From assembly GCF_048403405.1 (NCBI RefSeq), contig NZ_CP183129.1: 64,000 nt of DNA. One strand, 5' to 3'. Under the pieces are notes generated by a model. The model had not been told where the DNA came from, ran no database searches, and worked only from the letters and a program-made list of their open reading frames with translations. Below, piece after piece: positions 13,325 to 32,453 of the stretch (positions are counted from its first letter, which is position 1; every line of letters begins with the position of its first letter). This DNA is from Escherichia coli (lineage in GTDB: Bacteria; Pseudomonadota; Gammaproteobacteria; Enterobacterales; Enterobacteriaceae). The position numbers and the translations under genes are program-made.

Positions 13325-14611
13325 TTACGCGTTATAGGCATTCTCGCCGTGGCTGTTGACGTCCAGCCCTTCTCGCTCCTGTTCTTCAGGCACACGCAGA
13401 CCAACCGTCAGATCCGCCAGTTTGTAGCCAATAAACGCCACCACACCGGACCAGACAATCGTAATGGCAATGCTTTCCAGCTGTACCAGCAACTGATGGC
13501 CCATCGTCACACCTTCAGCGAAGCCCACGCCGCCCAGCGAGCTGGCGGCAAAAATCCCGGTCATGATACAGCCGACAATGCCACAAACGCCGTGCACACC
13601 AAAGACATCGCAGGGATCATCCACCCGCAGCAAGCGTTTGAGCATGGTAACGCCCCACAAGCCCGCTAGACCCGCTACCACGCCGATAATCAACGCGCCG
13701 CCAACACCAATGTAGCCACAGGCTGGCGTCACGCCGACCAGACCGGCAATCGCGCCAGAACACGCTCCCAGCAGTGAAGGCTTTCCGCGCAGCGCCCATT
13801 CACCGAAGATCCAGCCAAGAATTGCTGCCGCCGTTGCGACCACAGTATTCACAAATGCCAGTGCCGCGATTTCATTCGCCGTGCCCGCTGACCCGGCGTT
13901 AAAGCCAAACCAACCGATATAGAGAATGGCAGTCCCGGTGAAGACCATCGGCAGGTTGTGCGGTTTAAACGCCTCTTTACCGAAGCCCACGCGTTTGCCT
14001 ATCAGATATGCGCCCACCAGACCGGCGATTGCGGCGTTAATGTGCACCACCGTGCCACCCGCGAAATCCAGCGCACCGTGAGAAGCCAGCAAACCACCGC
14101 CCCACACCATATGCGCAATCGGAATGTAGGAGAGCGTCAGCCATACCACCACGAAAATCAACACAGCTGAGAAGCGGATTCGTTCCGCCAGCGCCCCAAC
14201 TATCAAGCCTACGGTAATGCAGGCAAACGATCCCTGAAACGCTACGTGGATATACTGATAAATGCTGCCCATCACCGCCGTCAGTTCGATGTTTTTCAGC
14301 ATCAGCCAGTTAATGTTGCCGAAGAAGTTGTTGCCCTCACCAAACGCCAGCGAGTAACCGTAAACCACCCAGAGAATACAGACCAGTGCAAACGTCACCG
14401 TCACCTGCGTCAGCATCGACAGCACGTTTTTGCCGCGAATCAACCCACCGTAAAACAGGGCAATCCCCGGAATAGTCATAAACAGCACCAGCGCAGTACA
14501 GATCATCATAAACGCATTGTCGGCTTTATCGGCCACCGCAGGTGCAGCCATTACCAGTCCCGGCAGCATCGCCAGTGAAGCAAGCCCAGTTTTTATCGTC
14601 GCTATCTTCAT
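13325..14611 (-). CDS. amtB: ammonium transporter AmtB
   Basis: 428-aa ORF MKIATIKTGLASLAMLPGLVMAAPAVADKADNAFMMICTALVLFMTIPG... Confidence 0.97.
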   Translation of the reverse strand: MKIATIKTGLASLAMLPGLVMAAPAVADKADNAFMMICTALVLFMTIPGIALFYGGLIRGKNVLSMLTQVTVTFALVCILWVVYGYSLAFGEGNNFFGNINWLMLKNIELTAVMGSIYQYIHVAFQGSFACITVGLIVGALAERIRFSAVLIFVVVWLTLSYIPIAHMVWGGGLLASHGALDFAGGTVVHINAAIAGLVGAYLIGKRVGFGKEAFKPHNLPMVFTGTAILYIGWFGFNAGSAGTANEIAALAFVNTVVATAAAILGWIFGEWALRGKPSLLGACSGAIAGLVGVTPACGYIGVGGALIIGVVAGLAGLWGVTMLKRLLRVDDPCDVFGVHGVCGIVGCIMTGIFAASSLGGVGFAEGVTMGHQLLVQLESIAITIVWSGVVAFIGYKLADLTVGLRVPEEQEREGLDVNSHGENAYNA

Positions 14612-14640
14612 TTTTCGTTCCTGTTGCTGTGTGCCAGAGA

Positions 14641-14979
14641 TTACAGCGCCGCTTCGTCGGCTTCGCCGGTACGAATACGAATGACGCGTTGCAATTCAGC
14701 GACGAAGATTTTGCCGTCGCCAATTTTTCCGGTGTAAGCCGCCTTACTGACGATATCGATCACTTCATCGAGTTGGTCATCAGCAATCGCCACATCAATT
14801 TTTACTTTTGGCAGGAAGTTGACGCTGTATTCCGCTCCCCGGTACAGCTCGGCATGCCCTTTCTGACGCCCGAAACCTTTCACTTCGGTGACGGTCAGGC
14901 CCTGAATACCAATGGAAGATAACGCTTCACGAACGTCTTCCAGCTTGAATGGTTTGATTATCACGGTCACCAGCTTCAT
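14641..14979 (-). CDS. glnK: PII nitrogen regulatory protein GlnK
   Basis: 112 aa MKLVTVIIKPFKLEDVREALSSIGIQGLTVTEVKGFGRQKGH... from internal ATG of table ORF 14641..15117. Confidence 0.97.
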   Translation of the reverse strand: MKLVTVIIKPFKLEDVREALSSIGIQGLTVTEVKGFGRQKGHAELYRGAEYSVNFLPKVKIDVAIADDQLDEVIDIVSKAAYTGKIGDGKIFVAELQRVIRIRTGEADEAAL

Positions 14980-15030
14980 AGATCCCCTCCGGTCAGAATT
15001 CGGTAATGGTTCTGCTACACGAAGAAGGTA

Positions 15031-15047
15031 TTGCAAGCGGTGTGCCA
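15031..15047 (-). promoter_or_regulatory. sigma54 (-24/-12) promoter of glnK-amtB
   Basis: Minus strand reads TGGCAC-accgc-TTGCA, a perfect match to the sigma54 consensus, about 50 nt upstream of the glnK ATG. Confidence 0.8.
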
Positions 15048-15100
15048 GAAATGAAAAACGAGAAAGAGAGCAGGAAGTTAAGAAGATTGAAAATGAAAAC

Positions 15101-15117
15101 GCACTATGACAGTGCAC
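15101..15117. promoter_or_regulatory. NtrC-like enhancer palindrome upstream of the glnK promoter
   Basis: GCAC-tatgacagt-GTGC dyad about 55-70 bp upstream of the sigma54 element. Confidence 0.5.
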
Positions 15118-15159
15118 AGTGCGTTACATTTTTGCACCAACGATGAAATATTGCGCTAT

Positions 15160-18706
<3,547 letters not shown>

Positions 18707-18735
18707 GCGTTGTGTCCTGACCTGATTCTGGATAT

Positions 18736-19194
18736 TTATTCGATGGGTAAAGAAGTGGTGTATTTAATCTGTTCCATCGCGAAGCTGGAAGTGACGTCCG
18801 ACAGCCCCGGCACGCTGTTTACCAGACGCTTATAAAACTCGTCGTAGCGTTTCATGTCGGCAACCTGGACGCGCATCAGATAATCGTATTCACCGGCCAT
18901 GCGCCAGAACCCCAGCACTTCTGGCATTTCGGTAACCACCGTGACAAAGCGGCAATACCATTCGCTGCTGTGATGTTGCGTTTTTATCAGCACAAAGGCG
19001 GTCAGGCCGAGGCCTATTTTTTCCGGATCCAGCAGGGCGACTTTGCCGATAAGGATACCGTCGTCCTCCAGCCGTTTCAGACGCTTCCAGCACGGGGTGG
19101 TTGTCAGATTAACGGCTTCAGCCAGTGCCTGCAAAGAGAGGGTGCAATCCTGCTGTAGTAAGGCCAGCAGCTTACGGTCAATTTTATCTAACAT
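18736..19194 (-). CDS. decR: Lrp/AsnC-family transcriptional regulator DecR (YbaO)
   Basis: 152 aa from internal [50 protein letters not shown]... Confidence 0.9.
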
Positions 19195-19346
19195 AGCCCT
19201 TCCACGGAGAATTTTTTTCTCTTTTAATTCTATTTTAAAGGTGAAATCGCGACAATTTATTCTGTGCGGTTTAAACACCACGGCACAAAATGACAAATTC
19301 AACGCAAAAAAAACCGGGCAATTGCCCGGTGCTGGAAGGGATCTCG

Positions 19347-20165
19347 TTATTCGGGGGAATAAGGTAGATGTGGATAGTCCAGCCAGTGCGTCAAATAGTG
19401 AGAGACAGCCTGATTTCGGCAATGTCCAATCACCGGTAAATGCGGGAGCTCCGCGCGCAATTGCGGCATCGCATTGCCCATAATAAATCCGCTACCGACG
19501 CTGCCTAACATTTCGCGATCGTTCATCGCATCACCAAAGGCCATGCAATCGCGCAACGATAAACCTAAATGTTGGGTCAGCACCGTCAATGCAGCGCCTT
19601 TATTGCAGCCCACCGGCAGCACTTCGAGGCAATCCGTGGCGGAAAAACACAAATGTGCACGCTCGCCTAATGCTTCGTATAGCTGGATCTGCAAGTGTGT
19701 AAGATCGTCGTGATCGCCACAGAAGCAGATCTTGGTGACGCTGCCGAGTGGCATTTTTTTGACATCGATTATCTGATAACGAAAACCGCTATAGACAAAT
19801 GCCTGCAACAACGCAGGGATCTCTTTCCCGGTAAACCAACCATCGTCATTGAAGATATGCATGCTGGCTCGGGTATCCCATTGCTGATACAGCACCAGCT
19901 CCGCGACATCCGCAGGTAAATCATCACGATGTAAAAGTTCACCTTCCAGAGAATGTACGCGCGTTCCGTTGCCAGTAATCAAATATGCATCCAGCGATAG
20001 CGCCCCGAGAATATGCTGCATCTCCAGCGCATGACGCCCCGTGGCAAAAGTGAGGGTAATGTCGCGTTCACGCAGCCGCGCCAAAGTAGAGAGGGTTTTC
20101 TCACCTAAATGATGGTCAGGCATCAATAAAGTGCCATCCATATCAAATGCTGCCAGACGAGCCAT
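19347..20165 (-). CDS. cof: HAD-family HMP-PP phosphatase Cof
   Basis: 272 aa from internal [27 protein letters not shown]... (HAD motif DMDGTLL). Confidence 0.93.
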
Positions 20166-20264
20166 TTCTTTCTCCACTCTGTGACACGGTTAATGGTGAT
20201 TGAGTATCACCTGATATATACGGAAGTAATAGTGAATAGTTAAATAATATTGTTCCGGGTTTAT

Positions 20265-21965
20265 ATGCGACTGCTCAACCGTCTTAACCAGTATCAACGT
20301 CTGTGGCAACCTTCCGCCGGAAAGCCGCAAACCGTCACCGTCAGCGAACTGGCCGAACGCTGTTTTTGCAGCGAACGCCATGTTCGTACGCTGTTGCGTC
20401 AGGCACAGGAGGCGGGATGGCTGGAGTGGCAGGCGCAGTCAGGACGCGGAAAGCGCGGACAATTACGCTTTCTGGTCACGCCAGAATCGCTACGCAATGC
20501 GATGATGGAAAAGGCACTGGAAACCGGAAAGCAGCAAGATGTGCTGGAGCTGGCGCAACTGGCCCCAGGTGAGCTGCGCACTCTGTTACAGCCGTTTATG
20601 GGTGGACAATGGCAAAACGATACACCCACGTTGCGTATTCCCTACTATCGCCCGCTCGAACCGCTACAACCGGGCTTTTTGCCCGGCCGTGCCGAGCAGC
20701 ATCTCGCCGGGCAGATATTTTCCGGCCTGACCCGCTTCGATAATAATACCCAGCGCCCGATTGGCGATTTAGCGCATCACTGGGAAACCTCTACTGAGGG
20801 GTTACGCTGGGACTTTTATCTTCGTTCAACCCTACACTGGCATAACGGCGATGCAGTAAAAGCCTCCCACTTACACCAGCGATTATTGATGCTGTTACAA
20901 CTGCCAGCACTGGATCAATTATTTATTAGCGTGAAGCGTATTGAAGTCACCCATCCGCAGTGTCTGACCTTCTTTTTACATCGCCCTGATTACTGGCTTG
21001 CGCACCGGCTGGCGAGCTATTGCAGCCATCTGGCGCATCCGCAATTCCCACTGATCGGCACGGGTCCTTTTCGCTTAACACAATTCACAGCGGAGCTGGT
21101 GCGCCTGGAAAGCCATGATTATTACCATTTACGTCATCCGCTGCTTAAAGCGGTTGAGTACTGGATAACTCCGCCGCTTTTCGAAAAAGATTTGGGAACC
21201 AGTTGTCGGCATCCCGTGCAAATCACCATCGGCAAACCGGAGGAGCTGCAACGGGTCAGCCAGGTCAGTAGTGGCATCAGTTTAGGTTTTTGCTATTTAA
21301 CGTTGCGCAAAAGTCCCCGACTGTCCCTCTGGCAGGCGCGAAAAGTGATCTCCATTATTCATCAATCCGGTTTATTACAAACGTTAGAAGTTGGAGAAAA
21401 CCTGATCACCGCCAGTCATGCATTACTGCCAGGCTGGACTATTCCGCAATGGCAAGTACCGGATGAGGTCAAACTACCGAAAACCTTGACACTGGTTTAT
21501 CACCTACCGATAGAACTTCATACCATGGCAGAACGTCTACAGGCGACACTGGCAGCGGAAGGCTGTGAACTCACAATTATTTTTCATAACGCAAAAAACT
21601 GGGACGACACGACCCTACTGGCACACGCAGACCTCATGATGGGCGACAGATTAATTGGCGAAGCACCGGAATATACCCTGGAGCAATGGCTGCGTTGCGA
21701 TCCACTATGGCCACATGTTTTCGACGCTCCAGCATATGCACATTTGCAATCGACACTGGACGCGGTGCAAGTAATGCCTGATGAGGAAAACCGATTTAAT
21801 GCCCTAAAAGCGGTTTTTAGCCAGTTAATGGCAGACGCGACGCTGACGCCGCTATTCAACTATCACTATCGCATTAGTGCCCCTCCCGGCGTGAACGGTG
21901 TGCGACTGACACCGCGCGGCTGGTTTGAATTTACCGAAGCCTGGCTTCCCGCGCCGTCGCAATGA
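20265..21965 (+). CDS. ybaE: SgrR-type regulator / solute-binding domain protein YbaE
   Basis: 566 aa from internal ATG MRLLNRLNQYQRLWQPSAGKPQTVTVSELAERCFCSERHVRTLL... Confidence 0.88.
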   Translation: MRLLNRLNQYQRLWQPSAGKPQTVTVSELAERCFCSERHVRTLLRQAQEAGWLEWQAQSGRGKRGQLRFLVTPESLRNAMMEKALETGKQQDVLELAQLAPGELRTLLQPFMGGQWQNDTPTLRIPYYRPLEPLQPGFLPGRAEQHLAGQIFSGLTRFDNNTQRPIGDLAHHWETSTEGLRWDFYLRSTLHWHNGDAVKASHLHQRLLMLLQLPALDQLFISVKRIEVTHPQCLTFFLHRPDYWLAHRLASYCSHLAHPQFPLIGTGPFRLTQFTAELVRLESHDYYHLRHPLLKAVEYWITPPLFEKDLGTSCRHPVQITIGKPEELQRVSQVSSGISLGFCYLTLRKSPRLSLWQARKVISIIHQSGLLQTLEVGENLITASHALLPGWTIPQWQVPDEVKLPKTLTLVYHLPIELHTMAERLQATLAAEGCELTIIFHNAKNWDDTTLLAHADLMMGDRLIGEAPEYTLEQWLRCDPLWPHVFDAPAYAHLQSTLDAVQVMPDEENRFNALKAVFSQLMADATLTPLFNYHYRISAPPGVNGVRLTPRGWFEFTEAWLPAPSQ

Positions 21966-22029
21966 ATAGCTGGTCCGGGTTAATCGCAGGCGTTACCATA
22001 ACGTTTTTATTGTTCAAGCAGGATTATCT

Positions 22030-22725
22030 ATGAAACGTGCTGTCGTTGTGTTCAGTGGAGGCCAGGATTCCACCACCTGTCTGGTGCAGGCATTACAACA
22101 ATATGATGAAGTCCATTGCGTGACGTTCGATTACGGTCAGCGGCATCGCGCAGAAATCGACGTGGCACGCGAACTGGCGCTGAAACTGGGGGCACGCGCG
22201 CATAAGGTGCTGGATGTCACCCTGCTCAACGAGCTGGCGGTCAGTAGCCTGACGCGTGACAGCATTCCGGTGCCTGATTATGAACCTGAAGCCGATGGTA
22301 TCCCGAATACGTTTGTCCCAGGGCGTAATATTTTGTTCCTGACGCTGGCGGCAATATATGCGTATCAGGTAAAAGCAGAAGCCGTAATTACCGGCGTCTG
22401 TGAAACGGATTTCTCCGGCTACCCGGATTGCCGCGATGAGTTTGTGAAAGCACTAAACCATGCCGTCAGTTTGGGCATGGCGAAAGATATTCGTTTTGAA
22501 ACGCCGCTGATGTGGATTGATAAAGCGGAAACCTGGGCGCTGGCAGATTATTACGGCAAACTGGATTTAGTCCGTAACGAAACGTTGACCTGCTATAACG
22601 GCATTAAAGGCGACGGTTGCGGTCATTGTGCGGCATGTAATTTACGCGCCAACGGTTTGCATCATTATCTGGCCGATAAACCGACGGTGATGGCAGCGAT
22701 GAAGCAGAAAACCGGGTTGAAGTAA
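22030..22725 (+). CDS. queC: 7-cyano-7-deazaguanine synthase QueC
   Basis: 231-aa [42 protein letters not shown]... Confidence 0.96.
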   Translation: MKRAVVVFSGGQDSTTCLVQALQQYDEVHCVTFDYGQRHRAEIDVARELALKLGARAHKVLDVTLLNELAVSSLTRDSIPVPDYEPEADGIPNTFVPGRNILFLTLAAIYAYQVKAEAVITGVCETDFSGYPDCRDEFVKALNHAVSLGMAKDIRFETPLMWIDKAETWALADYYGKLDLVRNETLTCYNGIKGDGCGHCAACNLRANGLHHYLADKPTVMAAMKQKTGLK

Positions 22726-22739
22726 TTATTCCGGGTGTC

Positions 22740-22764
22740 GCCGGATGCGGCTTGAGCATCCGGC
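22740..22764. repeat. REP-like palindromic hairpin between convergent queC and fadM
   Basis: GCCGGATGC-ggcttga-GCATCCGGC read directly. Confidence 0.6.
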
Positions 22765-22776
22765 ACCACAAAACGT

Positions 22777-23175
22777 TTACTTAACCATCTGCTCCAGCTT
22801 TTCGCGCAATTCCCCTTCCAGAGCTAACGCTTTCTGCGTTTTAAGATCAATACAAACAAACGTAATAAGCGCATCCGCTACCACCTGCCCTTCCGGCTCC
22901 AGTGTAATGACCTGGCTTAAGATGCCGCTTTTACCGTTTAATTGCTGCAACTGACTGGTAATGGTTAACAGGTCGCTTAATACCGCCGGGCGACGATAGT
23001 TAATATTGATATTGACCACGACGAAGGCGATGTTATGGGCCGTCATCCACTGAAAACTGTCGCTATTTTCCAACCCATCCCAGCGGGCTTCTTCGAGAAA
23101 CTCCAGATAGCGGGCGTTATTAACGTGCTGGTAAACATCGAGATGATATCCACGAACTTTGATTTGTGTTTGCAT
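22777..23175 (-). CDS. fadM: long-chain acyl-CoA thioesterase III FadM (YbaW)
   Basis: 132-aa ORF MQTQIKVRGYHLDVYQHVNNARYLEFLEEARWDG... Confidence 0.93.
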   Translation of the reverse strand: MQTQIKVRGYHLDVYQHVNNARYLEFLEEARWDGLENSDSFQWMTAHNIAFVVVNININYRRPAVLSDLLTITSQLQQLNGKSGILSQVITLEPEGQVVADALITFVCIDLKTQKALALEGELREKLEQMVK

Positions 23176-23216
23176 AGCGCGAGAACCTTACGTTGTTGTT
23201 ATAAGTACAGAGGTCA

Positions 23217-23676
<460 letters not shown>

Positions 23677-23696
23677 TTAACGGCAGTGAAAACAGG

Positions 23697-25662
<1,966 letters not shown>

Positions 25663-25792
25663 GGTGTAACAACACTCCGCTGTAGATGACTGTGTACCTC
25701 ACGCAACGTATCGATGCGCGCAAAGGCCTATTGTGACAAGAAACGGGGGCAATTGTCAGCCCACAAGACGCAGAAAGTCACCGAATACAAAT

Positions 25793-25819
25793 AAAAAAGG
25801 CACATCAGTAGATGCGCCC
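25793..25819 (-). terminator. rho-independent terminator after hupB
   Basis: Minus strand GGCGCATC-tact-GATGTGCC followed by T6, about 35 nt after the hupB stop. Confidence 0.65.
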
Positions 25820-25853
25820 TTGAACTTCGTCACATCCCCACTGGGGACAACGC

Positions 25854-26126
25854 TTAGTTTACCGCGTCTTTCAGTGCTTTACCTGCACGGAAGCTCGGTA
25901 CTTTAGCGGCAGCGATGGTGATCTCTTTACCGGTCTGCGGGTTGCGGCCAGTACGGGCAGCACGCTCTTTAACGGCAAAAGTACCAAAACCTACCAGTGC
26001 TACATCATCCCCTTCTTTCAGAGATTCAGTTACGGAAGCAATAATAGCATCTAACGCACGGCCAGCCGCAGCTTTAGAGATATCAGCCCCTGCAGCAATC
26101 TTGTCGATCAATTGAGATTTATTCAC
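25854..26126 (-). CDS. hupB: nucleoid protein HU-beta
   Basis: 90-aa [53 protein letters not shown]... Confidence 0.98.
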
Positions 26127-26265
26127 TCTTCTCTTCCTCTTTATAATTTATATCGCACTTGAATCCTTCAAGGTACGAACGCGCAGCAGTTATATCAGGC
26201 CAGCCATCCCCTTACAACACCCCTTAATAAGGGCAAGCCCGATCCGCCATCTAACTTAGCGAGAC

Positions 26266-26302
26266 AAAAAAAGGCTGGCAAGCCCGAATTAGCCTGCCAG
26301 CC
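26266..26302 (-). terminator. rho-independent terminator after lon
   Basis: GGCTGGCA...TGCCAGCC stem with the A7 run on the plus strand (T7 on minus) 30-70 nt after the lon stop. Confidence 0.65.
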
Positions 26303-26334
26303 CTGTTTTTATTAGTGCATTTTGCGCGAGGTCA

Positions 26335-28689
26335 CTATTTTGCAGTCACAACCTGCATGCCAGACGGTTCATTTTGCAGCGCCAGAGTCAGAACTTCCTC
26401 AATGCGCTTCACAGGATGAATGTCCAGATCGGCAATTACGTTGTCAGGAATCTCTTCCAGATCGCGTTTATTTTCGAACGGAATTAGCACTGTTTTAATC
26501 CCGCCCCGATGCGCTGCCAGTAGTTTTTCTTTCAAACCACCGATCGGCAGTACCTGACCACGCAGAGTGATCTCACCGGTCATTGCCACATCGGCACGAA
26601 CCGGGTTACCGGTCAGGCAAGAAACCAGCGCGGTGCACATAGCAATACCGGCACTCGGACCATCTTTCGGCGTCGCACCTTCCGGTACGTGGACGTGGAT
26701 GTCGCGTTTTTCGTAAAAATCAGGGTTGATCCCCAGTTTTTCCGCACGCGCACGAACCACCGTTAACGCTGCCTGAATGGACTCCTGCATCACTTCGCCA
26801 AGCGATCCGGTATAGGTCAGTTTGCCTTTACCCGGAACGCACGCGGTTTCAATGGTCAGCAAGTCACCGCCCACTTCCGTCCACGCCAGACCAGTTACCT
26901 GACCGACACGGTTTTCGTTATCAGCGCGTCCATAGTCGAAACGCTGAACACCGAGGTAGTCATGCAGGTTATCACCGTTAATTTCGATATGTTTTAATGA
27001 CTTATCGAGCAGTAACTGCTTAACCGCTTTGCGACACAGTTTGGAGATTTCACGCTCCAGACCACGCACGCCCGCCTCACGGGTGTAATAACGAATAATG
27101 CCGATAATGGCGCTATCGTCGACGGTCAGCTCACCTTTTTTCAGTGCATTACGTTCAATCTGCTTCGGCAACAGGTGACGTTTGGCGATGTTCAGTTTTT
27201 CATCTTCGGTATAACCGGAGAGGCGAATCACTTCCATACGATCCAGCAGCGGTGCCGGAATGTTCATGGAGTTCGACGTCGCGACAAACATCACGTCGCT
27301 GAGATCGTAATCCACTTCCAGGTAGTGGTCGCTGAACGCTACGTTCTGCTCTGGATCCAGCACTTCAAGCAGTGCGGAGGCCGGATCGCCACGCATGTCA
27401 GAAGACATTTTGTCGATCTCATCGAGCAGGAACAGCGGGTTTTTCACGCCCACTTTCGCCATTTTCTGGATCAGTTTACCCGGCATAGAACCGATGTAAG
27501 TACGGCGGTGACCACGGATTTCCGCTTCATCACGCACGCCGCCCAGCGCCATACGGACATATTTACGCCCGGTGGCTTTGGCAATGGACTGACCAAGAGA
27601 GGTTTTACCTACCCCTGGCGGCCCTACCAGGCAGAGGATCGGTCCCTTGATTTTGTTGACACGGCTTTGAACCGCAAGATACTCAAGGATGCGATCTTTC
27701 ACGCGCTCCAGACCATAATGGTCGGTATCAAGGATTTCCTGCGCCTGACGCAGGTCTTTTTTGACCTTGCTGCGCGCATTCCACGGCACCTGTACCATCC
27801 AGTCGATATAACCACGCACTACGGTCGCTTCTGCCGACATCGGAGACATCATTTTCAGCTTCTGCAACTCTGCTTCCGCTTTCTCTTTTGCCTCTTTCGG
27901 CATTTTCGCCGCGTCAATTTTGCGCTTCAGGGCTTCGTTTTCGTCCGGCGCGTCGTCCATTTCACCGAGTTCTTTCTGAATAGCTTTCATTTGCTCGTTC
28001 AGATAGTACTCACGCTGGGATTTCTCCATCTGCTTTTTAACGCGGTTGCGAATGCGTTTCTCAACCTGCAGCAGATCGATTTCCGATTCCATCATTGCCA
28101 TCAGATATTCCAGACGTTCGTTAACGTCGGACATCTCCAGAACGGACTGTTTGTCAGCCAGTTTCAGCGGCATATGTGCAGCAATGGTATCCGCCAGACG
28201 CGCCGGGTCGTCGATGCTATTCAGCGACGTCAGCACTTCTGGTGGGATTTTTTTGTTCAGCTTGATGTAGCCTTCGAACTGGCTGATTGCAGTACGCACC
28301 AGCACTTCCTGTTCCCGCTCATCAATGGTCGGCGACTCCAGATACTCCGCCTTCGCAGAAAAGTGTTCGCCATTGTCAGAGAGCGCAGAAATACGCGCGC
28401 GCTGTAACCCCTCGACCAGCACTTTGACGGTGCCGTCTGGCAGTTTCAGCATCTGCAATATAGAGGCCACGGTCCCGACGGTGAAAAGATCGTTTACACC
28501 CGGCTCATCCGTTGAAGCTTCTTTCTGCGCGACCAGCATAATTTTTTTATCATGGTCCATCGCCGCTTCCAGACAACGGATAGATTTTTCCCGCCCGACA
28601 AATAAGGGGATGACCATGTGCGGATAAACCACCACATCGCGCAGCGGCAATACGGGGATTTCAATGCGTTCAGAACGCTCAGGATTCAT
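26335..28689 (-). CDS. lon: ATP-dependent Lon protease
   Basis: 784 aa from internal [52 protein letters not shown]... Confidence 0.98.
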   Translation of the reverse strand: MNPERSERIEIPVLPLRDVVVYPHMVIPLFVGREKSIRCLEAAMDHDKKIMLVAQKEASTDEPGVNDLFTVGTVASILQMLKLPDGTVKVLVEGLQRARISALSDNGEHFSAKAEYLESPTIDEREQEVLVRTAISQFEGYIKLNKKIPPEVLTSLNSIDDPARLADTIAAHMPLKLADKQSVLEMSDVNERLEYLMAMMESEIDLLQVEKRIRNRVKKQMEKSQREYYLNEQMKAIQKELGEMDDAPDENEALKRKIDAAKMPKEAKEKAEAELQKLKMMSPMSAEATVVRGYIDWMVQVPWNARSKVKKDLRQAQEILDTDHYGLERVKDRILEYLAVQSRVNKIKGPILCLVGPPGVGKTSLGQSIAKATGRKYVRMALGGVRDEAEIRGHRRTYIGSMPGKLIQKMAKVGVKNPLFLLDEIDKMSSDMRGDPASALLEVLDPEQNVAFSDHYLEVDYDLSDVMFVATSNSMNIPAPLLDRMEVIRLSGYTEDEKLNIAKRHLLPKQIERNALKKGELTVDDSAIIGIIRYYTREAGVRGLEREISKLCRKAVKQLLLDKSLKHIEINGDNLHDYLGVQRFDYGRADNENRVGQVTGLAWTEVGGDLLTIETACVPGKGKLTYTGSLGEVMQESIQAALTVVRARAEKLGINPDFYEKRDIHVHVPEGATPKDGPSAGIAMCTALVSCLTGNPVRADVAMTGEITLRGQVLPIGGLKEKLLAAHRGGIKTVLIPFENKRDLEEIPDNVIADLDIHPVKRIEEVLTLALQNEPSGMQVVTAK

Positions 28690-28815
28690 AGAGCTCTCTC
28701 TTAGTTTAATTTCCGCCAGGTAATCAGATGACACGACTGTGCTTCACGCCATCTATTAACATGTACGTCAGTATATGGGGATGTTTCCCCCACATTCAAC
28801 GCCGAGAATAGAGGA

Positions 28816-28848
28816 AAAATTAAAGGGGAGATAAAATCCCCCCTTTTT
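28816..28848 (-). terminator. rho-independent terminator after clpX
   Basis: GGGGA-gataaaa-TCCCC hairpin flanked by A/T runs 30-60 nt after the clpX stop. Confidence 0.6.
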
Positions 28849-28876
28849 GGTTAACTAATTGTATGGGAATGGTTAA

Positions 28877-30151
28877 TTATTCACCAGATGCCTGTTGCGC
28901 TTCCGGCTTGCCATAAATCAGCAACGGCTTGCTTTGACCATCAATTACCGATTCGTCGATAACCACTTTTTCGACGTCTTCCATGGACGGCAGATCGTAC
29001 ATGGTATCGAGCAGTGCGGCTTCTACGATGGAACGCAGGCCACGGGCACCGGTTTTACGCGCCATCGCTTTCTTAGCGATAGCATCCAGCGCCTCGTCAC
29101 GGAATTCCAGATCCACGCCTTCCAAATTAAACAGCGCCTGATACTGCTTGGTCAGGGCGTTTTTCGGCTCTTTGAGGATCTGAATCAGAGCTTCTTCGCT
29201 CAGTTCATTCAACGTTGCGACAACCGGCAGACGACCAATGAACTCAGGGATCAGACCAAACTTGATCAGATCTTCCGGTTCAACCTGCGCCAGCAGCTCG
29301 CCTTCGCTTGCTTTGTCGGACTTCGCTTTTACCGTCGCGCCAAAACCAATGCCGGAGCCGGTTTCTACACGATGGGAAATGACTTTATCCAGACCAGCGA
29401 ACGCACCACCACAAATAAACAGGATCTTAGAGGTATCTACCTGCAAGAACTCTTGCTGCGGGTGTTTACGCCCGCCCTGCGGTGGAACGGCGGCAACCGT
29501 ACCTTCAATCAGTTTCAACAGTGCCTGCTGTACGCCTTCACCGGAAACGTCTCGGGTAATGGACGGGTTGTCTGACTTACGAGAAATCTTGTCGATTTCA
29601 TCGATGTAGACAATCCCGCGCTGCGCTTTCTGTACGTCGTAATCGCACTTTTGCAACAGCTTCTGAATGATGTTTTCAACGTCTTCGCCCACATAACCGG
29701 CTTCGGTCAGCGTGGTTGCGTCGGCCATGGTGAACGGGACGTCCAGCAGGCGCGCCAGCGTTTCGGCCAGCAGCGTTTTACCGGAACCGGTCGGACCGAT
29801 CAGCAGAATGTTACTTTTGCCCAACTCGACACCATTGCTGGTATCGCCGTTGCGCAGACGTTTGTAGTGGTTGTATACCGCGACCGCCAGCACTTTTTTC
29901 GCCTGTTCCTGGCCGATAACGTAATCGTCCAGGTGGTTACGAATTTCATGCGGCGTCGGTAGCGCACTGCGTTCACGATGCGGTGCAACTTCTTTAATCT
30001 CTTCGCGAATGATGTCGTTACATAAATCAACACATTCGTCGCAGATATACACGGATGGACCGGCAATCAGCTTGCGCACTTCATGCTGGCTTTTGCCGCA
30101 AAAAGAGCAATACAGCAATTTGCCTGAGCCATCTTTGCGTTTATCTGTCAT
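28877..30151 (-). CDS. clpX: Clp protease ATPase/unfoldase ClpX
   Basis: 424-aa [47 protein letters not shown]... (zinc-finger N-domain, Walker A GPTGSGKT). Confidence 0.98.
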
Positions 30152-30276
30152 GGGTCAAAACCTCTTCTTTGTTCTTTGTGCCGCACACGACGACGCAAAT
30201 GCCATTCTCAGGCGCAAGCCGCTTACAGCGTTGTGCCGCCCTGGATAAGTATAGCGGCACAGTTGCGCCTCTGGCA

Positions 30277-30900
30277 TCAATTACGATGGGTCAGAATCGA
30301 ATCGACCAGACCGTATTCCACCGCTTCAGGGGCGGAAAGGAAGCGATCGCGCTCGGTATCACGTTCAATCTGTTCTAATGATTGACCCGTATGAAGCGCC
30401 ATAAGTTCATTCATGCGCCCTTTAACTTTCAGAATTTCACGGGCATGAATTTCGATATCGGTCGCCTGGCCCTGGTAGCCGCCCAACGGCTGGTGAATCA
30501 TCACGCGCGAATTCGGCAGGCAGAAACGTTTACCTTTTGCCCCTGCAGTCAGCAAGAAAGCGCCCATCGAAGCCGCCTGGCCCATACAGATGGTGCTGAC
30601 ATCAGGCTTGATAAACTGCATGGTGTCATAGATAGACATCCCGGCAGTGATCACCCCGCCTGGGGAGTTAATGTACAGATAGATATCTTTTTCTGGGTTT
30701 TCTGCTTCCAGGAACAGCATCTGCGCCACAATCAGGTTAGCCATATGGTCTTCAACCTGGCCAGTCAGAAAAATGACGCGTTCCTTAAGTAGACGAGAAT
30801 AGATATCAAAAGAGCGCTCACCACGTGAGGTCTGTTCAATGACCATCGGCACCAGCGCCATATGGGGTGCAAAGTTATCTCGTTCGCCGCTGTATGACAT
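30277..30900 (-). CDS. clpP: Clp protease proteolytic subunit ClpP
   Basis: 207-aa [50 protein letters not shown]... Confidence 0.98.
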   Translation of the reverse strand: MSYSGERDNFAPHMALVPMVIEQTSRGERSFDIYSRLLKERVIFLTGQVEDHMANLIVAQMLFLEAENPEKDIYLYINSPGGVITAGMSIYDTMQFIKPDVSTICMGQAASMGAFLLTAGAKGKRFCLPNSRVMIHQPLGGYQGQATDIEIHAREILKVKGRMNELMALHTGQSLEQIERDTERDRFLSAPEAVEYGLVDSILTHRN

Positions 30901-31145
30901 TTCCGTCTCCTGGATAAAATTGAAAAAACCTGCTGTACCGATTGTAACCTTATGGACGGATTATCAGCTAGTCCCTGTGTTATGGGTACGGCATCACCAT
31001 ATTTCAAGCATAACAATCTTTTGTTGTTACGCTAACACCGAAAGAGGCTTTTCGCACGGTTCCATGCAAAATTCATGACAAAAAAAAGCCCACCACCTGG
31101 CGGTGACGGGCCTTTGTGCGAATTTAGCGCGTTATGCTGCGTAAA

Positions 31146-32453
<1,308 letters not shown>

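Noticed and set aside
27175-28407. Long antisense ORFs inside conserved genes (e.g. 410 aa opposite lon; also 37629-38990 opposite cyoB, 44526-45548 opposite thiI, 24877-25650 opposite ppiD, 62361-63065 opposite secD, 4600-5301 opposite acrB)
   Set aside because: All lie entirely within well-recognised backbone genes on the opposite strand, have His/Arg/Phe-rich low-complexity translations and no independent start signals; treated as frame artefacts.
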